From a virus (taxonomy: Duplodnaviria > Caudoviricetes), in IMG/VR virus record IMGVR_UViG_3300048582_000091, positions 1-55,363 of that record: a stretch of DNA of 55,363 nucleotides; one strand, given 5' to 3'. Under the pieces are notes generated by a model. It did no database searches. It was not told where the DNA came from and worked only from the letters and a program-made list of their open reading frames with translations. Position 1 is the stretch's first letter. Each line of letters opens with the position of its first letter. The position numbers and the translations under genes are program-made. This document shows, piece after piece, positions 1-9,893 of this stretch.

Positions 1-2
1 TG

Positions 3-134
3 CAAGCATTTACTTTGGGAAAGCCGCCGTATGCCGAATACGAAATCAGACAGCAGATAAAAGCTGCTAATGATTTAGGTATTCGAGAATATTTTTTGTG
101 GAGTCCTAGCAATAAATATGCAATTAGTCGTTGA
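3..134 (+). CDS. 3' end of a putative glycoside hydrolase (DUF4015-like), truncated by the window edge
   Basis: Frame 3 reads QAFTLGKPPYAEYEIRQQIKAANDLGIREYFLWSPSNKY..., resembling the DUF4015 C-terminus (LQAF...QIxA...G...LWNPxNxY). TGA at 132-134. Confidence 0.6.
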   Translation, partial: QAFTLGKPPYAEYEIRQQIKAANDLGIREYFLWSPSNKYAISR

Positions 135-159
135 CAACAGTATACAGTAATGTTATAAT
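131..159 (+). promoter_or_regulatory. sigma70-type early promoter
   Basis: TTGACA(131-136)-N17-TATAAT(154-159) with a TG extended -10. Confidence 0.85.
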
Positions 160-191
160 ATCTTGCATTAACCGTACAAAAAGGATTTTGT

Positions 192-710
192 ATGACTGGA
201 TACCATCAAGAAACTTGTACCACCCCTGGTTGCACGAACATGCAAGCCGTAATAGACTACAACTATTGCAAATCCGGTAAACCGGGCTATAGAGCAGTCT
301 GTCTTGCATGTCATCGCGCTCATATCTGCGCAAAAAATAACGTCACCAGCCCTAAACAACTTACTGCCAAAAGACAAGGAATGACTGTGGCTGCTTATAG
401 TAATCTTTCTCATCCGACGCGCAAGCACAAAAAACATTATTGCGAAAATATAGACGGTCGTTTAGGTTATAAATGCAATTGTACTATTCATGATAGTTCG
501 CAGCTAGAAGTGGATCACATAGACGGAAATCCGTTTAATAATGATCCTAGTAATTTACAAACTCTATGTGCTAATTGTCATAAATATAAAACTCATAAAA
601 ATAAAGATCATATATCACCCGGTAGGACAACGGGCAAGAAAAATGACTACGACCATTCGCTTGACTCGAGCCCTCGGGCGAGGATATTTGACTGGCAAAA
701 GATTGCTTGA
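192..710 (+). CDS. HNH endonuclease with Cys-rich N-terminus
   Basis: LEVDHIDGNPFNNDPSNLQTLCANCH HNH motif and CxxC pairs. Confidence 0.85.
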   Translation: MTGYHQETCTTPGCTNMQAVIDYNYCKSGKPGYRAVCLACHRAHICAKNNVTSPKQLTAKRQGMTVAAYSNLSHPTRKHKKHYCENIDGRLGYKCNCTIHDSSQLEVDHIDGNPFNNDPSNLQTLCANCHKYKTHKNKDHISPGRTTGKKNDYDHSLDSSPRARIFDWQKIA

Positions 711-735
711 CAAGAATATAAATACGTGCTATAAT
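707..735 (+). promoter_or_regulatory. sigma70 promoter with a T4-type late motif nested in its spacer
   Basis: TTGACA(707-712)-N17-TATAAT(730-735); TATAAATA at 717-724. Confidence 0.8.
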
Positions 736-765
736 TACGCATAACAACATAACTCACAAGGAGAT

Positions 766-1047
766 GTGATGACACAACCACGCGAAACAAATAAAGCATC
801 ATGGCGGCAGGAAGACATAGCTAGACTCAAAAAACTCTTTGATGAAGGCTGCCAGGTAATGCAGGAAATTGAAGACTTAAAAGCCGGCTTATCCGAGACA
901 GTCAAAGCGATTGCAGAAGAGCTCGACGTAAAAGCTGCATATCTAAACAAAGCCATCAAAGTTGCACATAAAGCAACACTCCAAGAAGAACGAGATAAGC
1001 TCGTTGAAATCGAAGATATCCTAGAAGCCGCAGGACGGTTATCATAA
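766..1047 (+). CDS. small dsDNA-binding protein (T4 DsbA / GapR-like)
   Basis: 93 aa helical protein, EIEDLK...VKAIAEELDVKAAYLNKAIKVAHK pattern; AGGAG RBS. Confidence 0.65.
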   Translation: MMTQPRETNKASWRQEDIARLKKLFDEGCQVMQEIEDLKAGLSETVKAIAEELDVKAAYLNKAIKVAHKATLQEERDKLVEIEDILEAAGRLS

Positions 1048-1332
1048 TTGAATGTCATTAAAGGCATGATTGACTTTTGGGTGCAAACCTGGAAATCGAA
1101 TAAATTATTATTTTGGTTAGAAGCGAGCGGCACTGTACTAGGTATGGTTGCCGCTGGCATTCTGAATTTTAATTCAACTAGCCCCGATATGTTGTCTGTG
1201 TTAATACTGTATTTCATTAGTGCAGTATTATTAGCATGTTCCTCGTACATTCGAGAATCATCCTTTTTTGTATTATTAATGACGTTCTACGCAACAACTT
1301 CGATATATGGATTGATAAATTTGTTTGTTTAA
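1048..1332 (+). CDS. small membrane protein
   Basis: Three hydrophobic segments; abuts the upstream gene. Confidence 0.7.
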   Translation: MNVIKGMIDFWVQTWKSNKLLFWLEASGTVLGMVAAGILNFNSTSPDMLSVLILYFISAVLLACSSYIRESSFFVLLMTFYATTSIYGLINLFV

Positions 1333-1342
1333 GGAAAATTAA

Positions 1343-4261
1343 ATGTATGTAGATGCCTTGCATTCCGCTAAGGAAGATGTAATCAGGGTAGTAGAAAGAG
1401 TCGACGGAGAAAGAGTTTATAAGAACTATAAACCCGACTGGCATTTTTATGTAAACGATGCAAAAGGTTTACATAAAACAATTTACGGTAATGCAGTAAA
1501 ACTAATCAACCCTGCTAACAGAACCGAACGCACTAAGTTAATGTCGCAATATTCCGGAGATAAATGGGAATCTGACATTAACGTAGTGTTTCGTTGTCTT
1601 GCGCAAGAATATCCCCATAATATAGACCCTCACCTCCACGTTGCATTTTACGACATTGAAACGGCGTTTGATCAAGTATCTGGTTATTCGTCGCCTGAAG
1701 ATGCACTTAATCCAATCACCTCTATAGCTGTGTATCTGCAATGGATGCAGCAAATGGTGTGTTTTGCTGTTCCGCCAGTAGGATACACCTGGGAAGAGGC
1801 ACAACAGATTGCAAGAGAAGTTGGTCCAGAAGTAATTCTATTTAAGACAGAAAAAGAAATGCTTAATGCGTTTTTGGATATCATCGAAGATGCAGATATA
1901 CTGTCTGGCTGGAACAGCGAAGGATATGATATTCCGTATGTTGTAAACAGAATTACACGCATACTCGGTAAATCCGAAACAAGACGTATGTGCTTATGGG
2001 GACAATTGCCTAAAACAAGAATGTACGAGAAGGGCGGCAAGGAGTGCCCTACATACGATTTAATCGGCAGAGTACATCTCGACTACATGCAATTGTACAA
2101 AAAATATACATATGAAGAACGGCATAGCTATTCGCTCGATTCGATATGTGAATACGAACTCGACGAAAAGAAAGTAGCATATTCCGGTACGCTCGATCAG
2201 TTATACAACAAGGACTTTAAAAAATTCCTTGAATATAACATTCAAGATACTGCCCTTCTAGATAAGCTAGACAAAAAGTTGCAGTTTATCGACCTGTGTA
2301 GCTCCATTGCACACGCTAACTGTGTATTGATGCCCACGACAATGGGAGCAGTGGCTACCATCGACCAGGCTGTAGTAATCGAAGCACACCGTCGCGGTAT
2401 GGTAGTACCTAACAAATCAGAATTTTCAGAAGATGCAAGAGCTGCTGGTGGATGGGTAGCACACCCTAAAGTAGGTTTCCATCGCTGGGTCGGCGCAAGT
2501 GACTTAAACTCACTTTATCCTTCTATAATTCGTGCGTTAAACATGAGCCCGGAGACAATTGTCGCGCAAGTAAGTTTAAAAGAGACTGATAAGACGATTC
2601 GGCAATGGGAAGCAACCGCGGCTAAAAACACCTTCGCGTCTTGGTGGAACGATAGATTTTGTCCATTAGAGATGAATTATTTTTTCGACAACAACAATCA
2701 CGAAAAGATTACATTACGATTTGAAACCGGTGTAGAATATAAGGTAACCGGAGCAGAACTTAGAAATTTGATTTTCGATAGTGGCGAACCGTGGTGTATT
2801 AGTGCTAACGGAACTATATACAAAACTGACGTCGAGGGTGTTATTCCCGGGCTATTGACACGCTGGTTTAGAGAGCGTAAAGAACTACAGGCTATCATGC
2901 GGGGTTATAAGCAGTTAGTAGATAACGATACGATTAGAGGTCTGGAAGTTAGCCCGGAGTTATTTACAGAAGAGGACGTAAACGTACATACGCATTGCAT
3001 CAGTAATTTTGACCAAGATCAGTGTTTTACAATAAATAAAGCACAGAATGTAGTAAACAGTGGAGATAGACAGGCTGTTGTTGATTACTTTAACTCTCAT
3101 AAACTAACAGTTAAGAATGGTAAAGCAATTTATCGTGATAAATCGGAACTAAAGAAAATAATTGCGTTCTGGGATAAGAGACAGCTAGTAAAGAAAATTC
3201 TACTAAACAGTGCATACGGTGCTTTACTTAACGCAGGGTCACGCTTCTTTGACCAGAGAATAGGACAGAGTACTACGTTAACTGGTCGCAACATTACACG
3301 ACACATGGCAGCAAAAACAAACGAATATATAACTGGTGTATACGATTATCAAGGCGAAGCCATTGTTTACGGAGACACTGACTCTACGTATTTCTCTGCA
3401 TATCCAGCAGTCAAGGAAGATGTAGAAAAAGGAAATATAAGTTGGACAAAAGAAGAAATAATTAAAATTTATGATCAAATTGCAAATGATGTTAGTGACA
3501 CTTTTCCTCATTTTGCACTAGAAACATTTAATGTACCTCTTAAAAACTCTACAGGTGTGATTAAGTCGGGTCGAGAAATTATTGCACAGTCTGCGCTGTT
3601 TATTACTAAAAAGCGATACGCTGCACTAGTGTTTGACAACGAAGGTACACGTGAAGATATTAACGGAAAACCGGGCAAAATTAAAGTAACTGGGCTGGAT
3701 TTGCGTCGTGCGGATACCCCTAAGTTTGTACAGGCATTTTTAATGGATATTTTAACTGACACACTCACCGATAAAGGCGAAGAGTATGTAGTTAACAAGA
3801 TTAAAGATTTTAAAGCTAAGTTTGTTAGTATGAAACCTTGGGAAAAAGGTACTCCGAAAGCAGTGAACAATTTATCTTCGTATCGCGATAGACAAGAAGA
3901 ATGGTTAAGCAAGAAGCTAAAAGGTGAATCAGTTTCCTTTACTATGCCGGGTCACGTTAGAGCTAGCCTTAACTGGAATACAATGGTCGAAATTTACAAA
4001 GATAAACACACCCCGAAGATCACGGACGGACAAAAAGTAACTGTGTGTAAGTTAAAGGAAAACTCGACGCTATTTACTAGCGTGGCTTATCCAGTGGACA
4101 TTATTCATTTACCGGATTGGTTTACAGAATTGCCGTTTGACGACGATGGTATGTTAGCCGGTATTGTAGATAAAAAAATAGAAAACCTTTTAGATGTGTT
4201 AAAATGGGATCTATCGAAAACAAATGAATCAGATGCACTATTTGATACATTATTTGGTTAA
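1343..4261 (+). CDS. family B DNA polymerase with 3'-5' exonuclease (T4 gp43-like)
   Basis: ExoI YDIET, ExoII GWNSEGYDIPY, ExoIII YNIQD, motif A SDLNSLYPS, motif B KILLNSAYG, motif C YGDTDS. Confidence 0.97.
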   Translation: MYVDALHSAKEDVIRVVERVDGERVYKNYKPDWHFYVNDAKGLHKTIYGNAVKLINPANRTERTKLMSQYSGDKWESDINVVFRCLAQEYPHNIDPHLHVAFYDIETAFDQVSGYSSPEDALNPITSIAVYLQWMQQMVCFAVPPVGYTWEEAQQIAREVGPEVILFKTEKEMLNAFLDIIEDADILSGWNSEGYDIPYVVNRITRILGKSETRRMCLWGQLPKTRMYEKGGKECPTYDLIGRVHLDYMQLYKKYTYEERHSYSLDSICEYELDEKKVAYSGTLDQLYNKDFKKFLEYNIQDTALLDKLDKKLQFIDLCSSIAHANCVLMPTTMGAVATIDQAVVIEAHRRGMVVPNKSEFSEDARAAGGWVAHPKVGFHRWVGASDLNSLYPSIIRALNMSPETIVAQVSLKETDKTIRQWEATAAKNTFASWWNDRFCPLEMNYFFDNNNHEKITLRFETGVEYKVTGAELRNLIFDSGEPWCISANGTIYKTDVEGVIPGLLTRWFRERKELQAIMRGYKQLVDNDTIRGLEVSPELFTEEDVNVHTHCISNFDQDQCFTINKAQNVVNSGDRQAVVDYFNSHKLTVKNGKAIYRDKSELKKIIAFWDKRQLVKKILLNSAYGALLNAGSRFFDQRIGQSTTLTGRNITRHMAAKTNEYITGVYDYQGEAIVYGDTDSTYFSAYPAVKEDVEKGNISWTKEEIIKIYDQIANDVSDTFPHFALETFNVPLKNSTGVIKSGREIIAQSALFITKKRYAALVFDNEGTREDINGKPGKIKVTGLDLRRADTPKFVQAFLMDILTDTLTDKGEEYVVNKIKDFKAKFVSMKPWEKGTPKAVNNLSSYRDRQEEWLSKKLKGESVSFTMPGHVRASLNWNTMVEIYKDKHTPKITDGQKVTVCKLKENSTLFTSVAYPVDIIHLPDWFTELPFDDDGMLAGIVDKKIENLLDVLKWDLSKTNESDALFDTLFG

Positions 4262-4268
4262 AAAGTAA

Positions 4269-4297
4269 TTGACAAAAACGAACAATTGTAGTATAAT
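4269..4297 (+). promoter_or_regulatory. sigma70-type early promoter
   Basis: TTGACA(4269-4274)-N17-TATAAT(4292-4297). Confidence 0.85.
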
Positions 4298-4326
4298 CAC
4301 ACAAAAGTACAAGGAGCGTACCTAAT

Positions 4327-5067
4327 ATGTTAGACAATTTTTTAGATATAATTAAACACACATCTGCTCTAGGTTTCATCGATATGGTGAAAATAGTCGG
4401 ATCAAAAACAGAAGCAACAGTAGAAGCAATGGACGATGATAGGACTGTAGTTCTGTACGGCAAGTTGAAGCAACCGATCGAAGGACTAAATGGCACAATC
4501 GGCCTATCTCGCTTAGGTATTTTAAGCGGCTATTTAAACTTCAACGCATTCTCTAGCGACAACGCTACTATCGCAATTAAAACGCAACAACGCGGAACCG
4601 AAGAAGTACCGTGCGAAATTAGTTTCGACTCTAACGCAGGACATACTGCAAGCTATCGTTTTATGAGCGCAGAAATTGCAGAAGAACAAATTAAGATTCC
4701 GCCATTTAAGGGCGCTAAGTGGAATGTAATCATTACTCCTACTAAAGCTTCTTTGAAAGATCTCACAGCAATGAACAGCATATTAGGAACATTCGAGTCT
4801 ACATTTAGTGTAAGAACCTCGGGCGATAACTTAGAATTCTTAATCGGTGAAGGTGCCGCTGATCGTACTAAAATTACGTTTGCAAAAGGTATCAAAGGCG
4901 AACTTAAACACTCGTGGAAGTGGCCATTGACACAAGTACTTGCAATACTGAAATTACACGATTCTAGCGAGTCCTGTACTATGAGTTTTTCCGATCAAGG
5001 CGCATTAAAAATCGATATTGATTCTGGAATCGGTGAATATCAATATATTCTTCCAGCAAGGAATTAA
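4327..5067 (+). CDS. probable DNA polymerase sliding clamp (gp45/PCNA-like)
   Basis: 246 aa with two-fold beta/alpha pattern ending YQYILPA; directly after the polymerase. Confidence 0.65.
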   Translation: MLDNFLDIIKHTSALGFIDMVKIVGSKTEATVEAMDDDRTVVLYGKLKQPIEGLNGTIGLSRLGILSGYLNFNAFSSDNATIAIKTQQRGTEEVPCEISFDSNAGHTASYRFMSAEIAEEQIKIPPFKGAKWNVIITPTKASLKDLTAMNSILGTFESTFSVRTSGDNLEFLIGEGAADRTKITFAKGIKGELKHSWKWPLTQVLAILKLHDSSESCTMSFSDQGALKIDIDSGIGEYQYILPARN

Positions 5068-5068
5068 T

Positions 5069-6592
5069 GTGAGAGATTTAAGTACACATAAACAAGATTA
5101 CGCTACGTTTCTACCGGCTATTTCCGGATTCTATACAAGCATGTTAGATAGTTGTAGGAACGGAAAATACGATATCCCGGCTTCTTTCGAGCATGGTGTT
5201 GACAGTCTAAACTTTTTAGATCCGGTTAAGGGTGCATTCTTTTATGATACTGCATTGTACTCTGCAGGTCACGCACAACTAGACATGGATAAATGTTTAA
5301 ATCCTAGTGCGCCGATAGATTCGATGATACATTCTCGCGATCGCACGAGGACTACGTTAGTGGGCGACTCAGGTGGATTTCAGATCGGTAAGGGTGTGCT
5401 AAAATTCGACTGGGAAAGATTCTACGAGAAAAAAGGCGATGCTAATTATAAAGGCAACGCAGATAAGATGCGTACGACAATCTTACACTGGTTAGAATGT
5501 ACCGCAGACTGGAGCATGGTATTAGACGTACCGAGCTGGGCTGCAAATCCATTGCGTAGCAAAATTACCGGTTTGAAATCGTTCGACGATTGCCTTAAAG
5601 CTACCCAATTCAATAATGAATTTTTCTTAGACAATCGGCTTGGTGCTACTAAGTTCTTAAATGTTCTTCAGGGTTCGAACTGGGAAGAAGCACAGATTTG
5701 GTACGAGGCAGTTAAGGATTATGATTTCGAGGGCTGGGCAATGGGGGGCACTAACATGAGAAACATGTATATTGCACTCAAGCGTCTAATTATTATGCGA
5801 GATGAGGGTAAATTAGAAGGTAAAGATTGGATGCACTTTTTGGGTACATCACGACTAGACTGGGCTACTATGTTGACGGTAATACAACGTCAACTACGCA
5901 AGCATGCTAATCCTAACTTAACAATTAGTTTTGACTGTGCCAGTCCGTTTATCGCAACGGCAAACGGAATGACATATACAAGCCCAGTGCATACTTCTAA
6001 TAGATTTAGTTACATTATGGAATCGGCACCGGACAATAAATTATTAAAAGGTAGCACCACGCCTTACCCGTTTGAAAGTGAAATCGGCAAACGCTTAACA
6101 ATTAGCGATATATGTAAGCGCGGACCTGGTGAAAATTTAAATGCAAGGGGCGAAGAACGTAAAACATCGTGGGATAGCTTATCTTATGCACTGATCATGT
6201 CACATAATGTGTATCAGCATATTAGGGCAGTGCAAATTGCAAATCATCTAACCACAGTAGAAATTGCAAGGTACGCACCAGATATCGGACAATGGAAAAA
6301 ATTAAAGAAAAGCGATAAGTCCGGTGAGTTTTCGAAATGGGTACCGCGTAATATTCTGTTCTTTAATCAATTCGTCGACGAGTTGTTCTCTAGTACAAAA
6401 CCTATGCAAATGTTAGAAGATAACAAGATGTTTTTGCTTGACGTGAGCGGATCGAGAACTGCTGGGGGCGAAAATAGTCACTTGTTCGGCAGACTATTCG
6501 ACCATGCAGTCGATCATATGGAAGACGAAGGTTTTAGCGAAGAGCAAGAAGACAAACTCGACGAACTGGAAAAGGAGATTAGAGATGCTTAA
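5069..6592 (+). CDS. tRNA-guanine transglycosylase-like protein, putative DNA 7-deazaguanine transglycosylase (DpdA family)
   Basis: TGT motifs GDSGGFQ, MVLDVP, NVLQG, GWAMGG, WMHFLG, ISFDCASP. Likely GTG start at 5069 after AGGA; the ORF opens at 5018. Confidence 0.8.
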   Translation: MRDLSTHKQDYATFLPAISGFYTSMLDSCRNGKYDIPASFEHGVDSLNFLDPVKGAFFYDTALYSAGHAQLDMDKCLNPSAPIDSMIHSRDRTRTTLVGDSGGFQIGKGVLKFDWERFYEKKGDANYKGNADKMRTTILHWLECTADWSMVLDVPSWAANPLRSKITGLKSFDDCLKATQFNNEFFLDNRLGATKFLNVLQGSNWEEAQIWYEAVKDYDFEGWAMGGTNMRNMYIALKRLIIMRDEGKLEGKDWMHFLGTSRLDWATMLTVIQRQLRKHANPNLTISFDCASPFIATANGMTYTSPVHTSNRFSYIMESAPDNKLLKGSTTPYPFESEIGKRLTISDICKRGPGENLNARGEERKTSWDSLSYALIMSHNVYQHIRAVQIANHLTTVEIARYAPDIGQWKKLKKSDKSGEFSKWVPRNILFFNQFVDELFSSTKPMQMLEDNKMFLLDVSGSRTAGGENSHLFGRLFDHAVDHMEDEGFSEEQEDKLDELEKEIRDA

Positions 6593-6794
6593 CACAAAGA
6601 AACTAGATCAATATTTAGCAGAGTGTAAACTCTTGTTAGGCGCCGAATGGCTGGCAGCCGCTGATAAGACAGTAATAGGGTACGATACAGTCGGTTCTGT
6701 GGCTAAGCGCTGGTGTATACACTGTTACATGAGTTATAATAGCGAAAAAGATTGTGTGGATAGATTAAAAGAAAGATTCGAGGAGATAAAATAA
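6585..6794 (+). CDS. hypothetical protein
   Basis: ATG 6585 after AGGAG; overlaps both neighbours. Confidence 0.6.
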   Translation: MLNTKKLDQYLAECKLLLGAEWLAAADKTVIGYDTVGSVAKRWCIHCYMSYNSEKDCVDRLKERFEEIK

Positions 6795-7354
6795 TGTCTA
6801 TTAAAAGAGAAGGGCACGACGATGCAGTATTTTTCGTCGGGAGTGAAATTGAAACGACACCTGCGGCAGGTATGAAAACATTGTTTGTTGTCGGGGTGCG
6901 TAGCATATCGCACACAATCGAACTTGCTAGAGAACATCACTGTAAGCATGTTTACTTAGGTGCAAATAGATCATTTCAAAAAAATAAGGCTTGGAATGAA
7001 ATTATTCCTGCATTGTTAGCCGAAGGCTTGCGGGTAACACTCGATTATCCGGCAGAGGCACAGGAATATGTAGTTGATTTATTATTACCGGAGATTGTTA
7101 GTCATCCGTATTTTATTCCGATGATTAGTTGCGTAATTCCACATGTTGAAAACTTTAACAGGAATTTAGTAATTAAAATCGACGACGTTGATTTTAAAGG
7201 CACTAACTCGGGAGTATGGTGTATATCAGCATCTGAGTTGTTAGATCGAAATCGATTCACCGACTGGAAAGAATATGTCGAGGACGTAGTACTAGTAAGA
7301 GATTCCGATATTAAAGCACTAAGGGCAGCGGCAGCTAAGAAAAAAGAGGAATAA
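6794..7354 (+). CDS. hypothetical protein in the deazaguanine cluster
   Basis: 186 aa alpha/beta ORF with AGGAG RBS, translationally coupled. Confidence 0.7.
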   Translation: MSIKREGHDDAVFFVGSEIETTPAAGMKTLFVVGVRSISHTIELAREHHCKHVYLGANRSFQKNKAWNEIIPALLAEGLRVTLDYPAEAQEYVVDLLLPEIVSHPYFIPMISCVIPHVENFNRNLVIKIDDVDFKGTNSGVWCISASELLDRNRFTDWKEYVEDVVLVRDSDIKALRAAAAKKKEE

Positions 7355-7356
7355 CA

Positions 7357-7689
7357 ATGAAATGGCACATGCTTACCAAAGATGAAAAAATCAAACGCGA
7401 TGTTGAACGATACTGTAAATGGCATCGTTGGTTTGCGTGGTATCCTGTGCCTGTATATTGTTCCGAGCAGCAGAAGCATATTAGAGTATGGCTAACGTTT
7501 GTAGGTCGTAAAAAGAAAATAATGAACGACTGGACAGAAGGCTTATACTTGGCTAATTGTCGCTTCTGCATGATTGACGACTTATTAATAAGATCACTGC
7601 ATTCGCCTGAGATAGTAGACAGTAGCAACGGTGCGTATGCACACCTCCTCGAACGACTAGAGAAACAACAAAGGCACATAGATGATTAA
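7357..7689 (+). CDS. hypothetical phage protein
   Basis: WHRWFAWYPV motif typical of small phage proteins; GAGG RBS. Confidence 0.65.
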   Translation: MKWHMLTKDEKIKRDVERYCKWHRWFAWYPVPVYCSEQQKHIRVWLTFVGRKKKIMNDWTEGLYLANCRFCMIDDLLIRSLHSPEIVDSSNGAYAHLLERLEKQQRHIDD

Positions 7690-8047
7690 ACATACATACA
7701 TAAGAGTTCGCACAGAATTCGAAGGCTTTCACTGTTACCCAGATGCAGGCACTATAGATAAAAGAATTGAATTCTTAGAACACCTGCATAGACACATGTT
7801 TAAAGTGGAAGTAACAATTTCTGTTAACCATTTAGACCGTGAGCTCGAGTTCTTTCTTGTAAAGTGGGCGCTACAAGATTTCATTAAAGCAGGAAATCAA
7901 AATCACAGGTCGTGCGAGATGATTGCATCTGACATACTTGAAAAACATTTAATACCTAATTACGGTGCTAATCGTTTTTACGAAGTAGTTGTATCAGAAG
8001 ACGGCGAGTCAGATGGTATAGTAGAATACCCAGGAGATCAAGATTGA
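7682..8047 (+). CDS. QueD/T-fold paralogue, DpdL-like (putative 7-carboxy-7-deazaguanine decarboxylase)
   Basis: FEGFH...LEHLHRHMF matches LxxxHRHxF rather than the QueD CxxxHGH; also SCE and VSEDGE. Confidence 0.75.
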   Translation: MIKHTYIRVRTEFEGFHCYPDAGTIDKRIEFLEHLHRHMFKVEVTISVNHLDRELEFFLVKWALQDFIKAGNQNHRSCEMIASDILEKHLIPNYGANRFYEVVVSEDGESDGIVEYPGDQD

Positions 8048-8547
8048 CACAGTTCATGAAATTAGTTACATGGCCCAATGAAGTGCTAAATACATGCGCA
8101 GAACCCGTTTCTGAATTCGACAATGAAGTATCGCAATTAGTGTTAAACATGTTTGCCACTATGATCGAAGAAGGCGGCGTAGGTTTAGCTGCAAATCAAG
8201 TAGGCATCCTAAAACAGATAATGGTAGTAGATACAACTGTGATAGGCGGCACTATCAAAAAAGAATTCATCAACCCTAAGATTACAATGATGGATGGTAA
8301 AGTAATTTGTAAAGAAGGATGCCTTAGTTTTCCTGGCGTAGTAGTTTCTGTTCCTCGATTCGAAACGGTTGCAATAGAAGCGCAAGACAAGACAGGCACT
8401 GTATTTACAATAGTAGCAGACGGAATGGATGCTGTTTGTCTACAGCACGAGATAGATCACTTAGCTGGGATTACGTTCTATGATAGACTAAGCCCGCTCA
8501 AGCGAGATATGCACAAGAAAAAATTTAATAAACTGAGAGGAAAATAA
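8044..8547 (+). CDS. def: peptide deformylase
   Basis: GVGLAANQ, EGCLS and QHEIDHL motifs. Confidence 0.96.
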   Translation: MTQFMKLVTWPNEVLNTCAEPVSEFDNEVSQLVLNMFATMIEEGGVGLAANQVGILKQIMVVDTTVIGGTIKKEFINPKITMMDGKVICKEGCLSFPGVVVSVPRFETVAIEAQDKTGTVFTIVADGMDAVCLQHEIDHLAGITFYDRLSPLKRDMHKKKFNKLRGK

Positions 8548-8548
8548 A

Positions 8549-8728
8549 ATGGAATCAACTCATGAATCACTTATGAAAATGTTCGAAGAATATCTTGTCG
8601 AGCACGAAAAATTTACAGTAAAGGGTAACAAGTCTGCTGGTACTCGCGCTCGCAAAGCGTTAATGGATATTACTAAGGCGTGTAAAGAGCGCCGTCAGGA
8701 AATTCAAGACAGCAAAAACGCTGAGTAA
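8549..8728 (+). CDS. histone H1-like (Hc1 family) small basic protein, 59 aa, below the ORF-track cutoff
   Basis: MESTHESLMKMFEEYLVEHEKFTVKGNKSAGTRARKALMDITKACKERRQEIQDSKNAE; KGNKxAGTRARK motif; GAGG RBS. Confidence 0.8.
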   Translation: MESTHESLMKMFEEYLVEHEKFTVKGNKSAGTRARKALMDITKACKERRQEIQDSKNAE

Positions 8729-8737
8729 TAGCCCTGT

Positions 8738-8773
8738 AATGTTACGTTTATGGAAAATAAACGTAACATTTTT
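8738..8773 (+). terminator. AT-rich 14-bp hairpin, possible terminator or processing site
   Basis: AATGTTACGTTTAT-GGAAA-ATAAACGTAACATT followed by TTT. Confidence 0.55.
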
Positions 8774-8788
8774 ATCTAACAGAGACCA

Positions 8789-9874
8789 ATGATGACAATC
8801 TATATTGTAGATTTAGAAGCTATTCCCACTAGATATACTTGCGAATGGAAAACACACTTACCCGCTATGCTCGAACTACACGGCGCAGAAGTAGTAGTGT
8901 TAAGCGGCCCGAATAATTTACCAGACGATCCTACACCAGGCATGTTTTTAAATTTTTCAGCGACCAATATCTATAAAGCAACACAAGTAGAAAAGTTTAG
9001 TAGACTATTTTCGCTTAAGATAGTTAAGGACGGCGATTATTTTTTATTCACCGATGCATGGCACCCGGGCGTAATCAACCTGCGATACATGGCAGACTTA
9101 TTAGGCATTAAGATTAAAATCGGCGGCTTATGGCATGCAGGTAGTTACGATAAACACGACGGACTAGGGCAACGAATAGGAGAGGCGCCGTGGGTCAGGC
9201 ACGCCGAAAAGTCCTTCTTTCACGCTTTCGATCATAATTATTTTGCGACCAATTTTCACATTGACATGTTTTGTCAAGAACTGTTAAACGACGGTACACA
9301 AGAAAATCCCTGGGCATACGAAGATAAAAAAGATTACCTATCGACTAGCAAGATTGTCCGTACGGGCTGGCCAATGGAATACATGCCAGCGACCTTAGCT
9401 AAATACGCAGGCGTTAAAAAAGAAAACATTATTATCTATCCACACAGGATTTCCGCTGAAAAACAACCGGACATATTCTTAGATTTAAAAGCATCTTTAC
9501 CGGAATACGAATTTATCGTATGCCAGGATAAAAAATTAAGCAAGACCGAATATCACGAATTGTTAGCGAAATCTAAGTTAATGTTTTCTGCCAACCTACA
9601 AGAAACATTAGGGATATCACCGTTCGAAGGCGCGTTGTTAAATGTTATGCCTATGGTCCCTGATCGTCTAAGCTACGCAGAAATGTACACATCAGAATAT
9701 AAGTATCCAAGCAAATGGACTGTCAATTTTGATAGTTACTTACAGCATAAAGACAAAATCATTGCGCGTATCCGAAGTGTCATGGAACAGCCGTGTGCAG
9801 ATACAAGTAAATTATCGGCACATTTATTGAAAGAATATTTTACTGCATCAACCTTAATGACACATCTTTTTTAA
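8789..9874 (+). CDS. glycosyltransferase, GT-B fold (GT4-like)
   Basis: PHRISAEKQP and QETLGISPFEG (E-x7-E) motifs. Confidence 0.8.
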   Translation: MMTIYIVDLEAIPTRYTCEWKTHLPAMLELHGAEVVVLSGPNNLPDDPTPGMFLNFSATNIYKATQVEKFSRLFSLKIVKDGDYFLFTDAWHPGVINLRYMADLLGIKIKIGGLWHAGSYDKHDGLGQRIGEAPWVRHAEKSFFHAFDHNYFATNFHIDMFCQELLNDGTQENPWAYEDKKDYLSTSKIVRTGWPMEYMPATLAKYAGVKKENIIIYPHRISAEKQPDIFLDLKASLPEYEFIVCQDKKLSKTEYHELLAKSKLMFSANLQETLGISPFEGALLNVMPMVPDRLSYAEMYTSEYKYPSKWTVNFDSYLQHKDKIIARIRSVMEQPCADTSKLSAHLLKEYFTASTLMTHLF

Positions 9875-9893
9875 ACTGCGGCAGGAAACAAAC

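Noticed and set aside
192-710. HNH genes (here and 42804-43376) as parts of mobile introns
   Set aside because: Both are free-standing with their own promoters and do not interrupt a gene.
2890-3160. Intein or intron in the DNA polymerase
   Set aside because: The ORF is uninterrupted, with no Cys/Ser...His-Asn splice junction or endonuclease motifs.
735-4496. - strand ORFs over the replication genes
   Set aside because: They overlap well-supported + strand genes and show no motifs.
7682-8047. Calling this gene canonical queD
   Set aside because: It lacks the CxxxHGH catalytic motif and has LxxxHRHxF instead.
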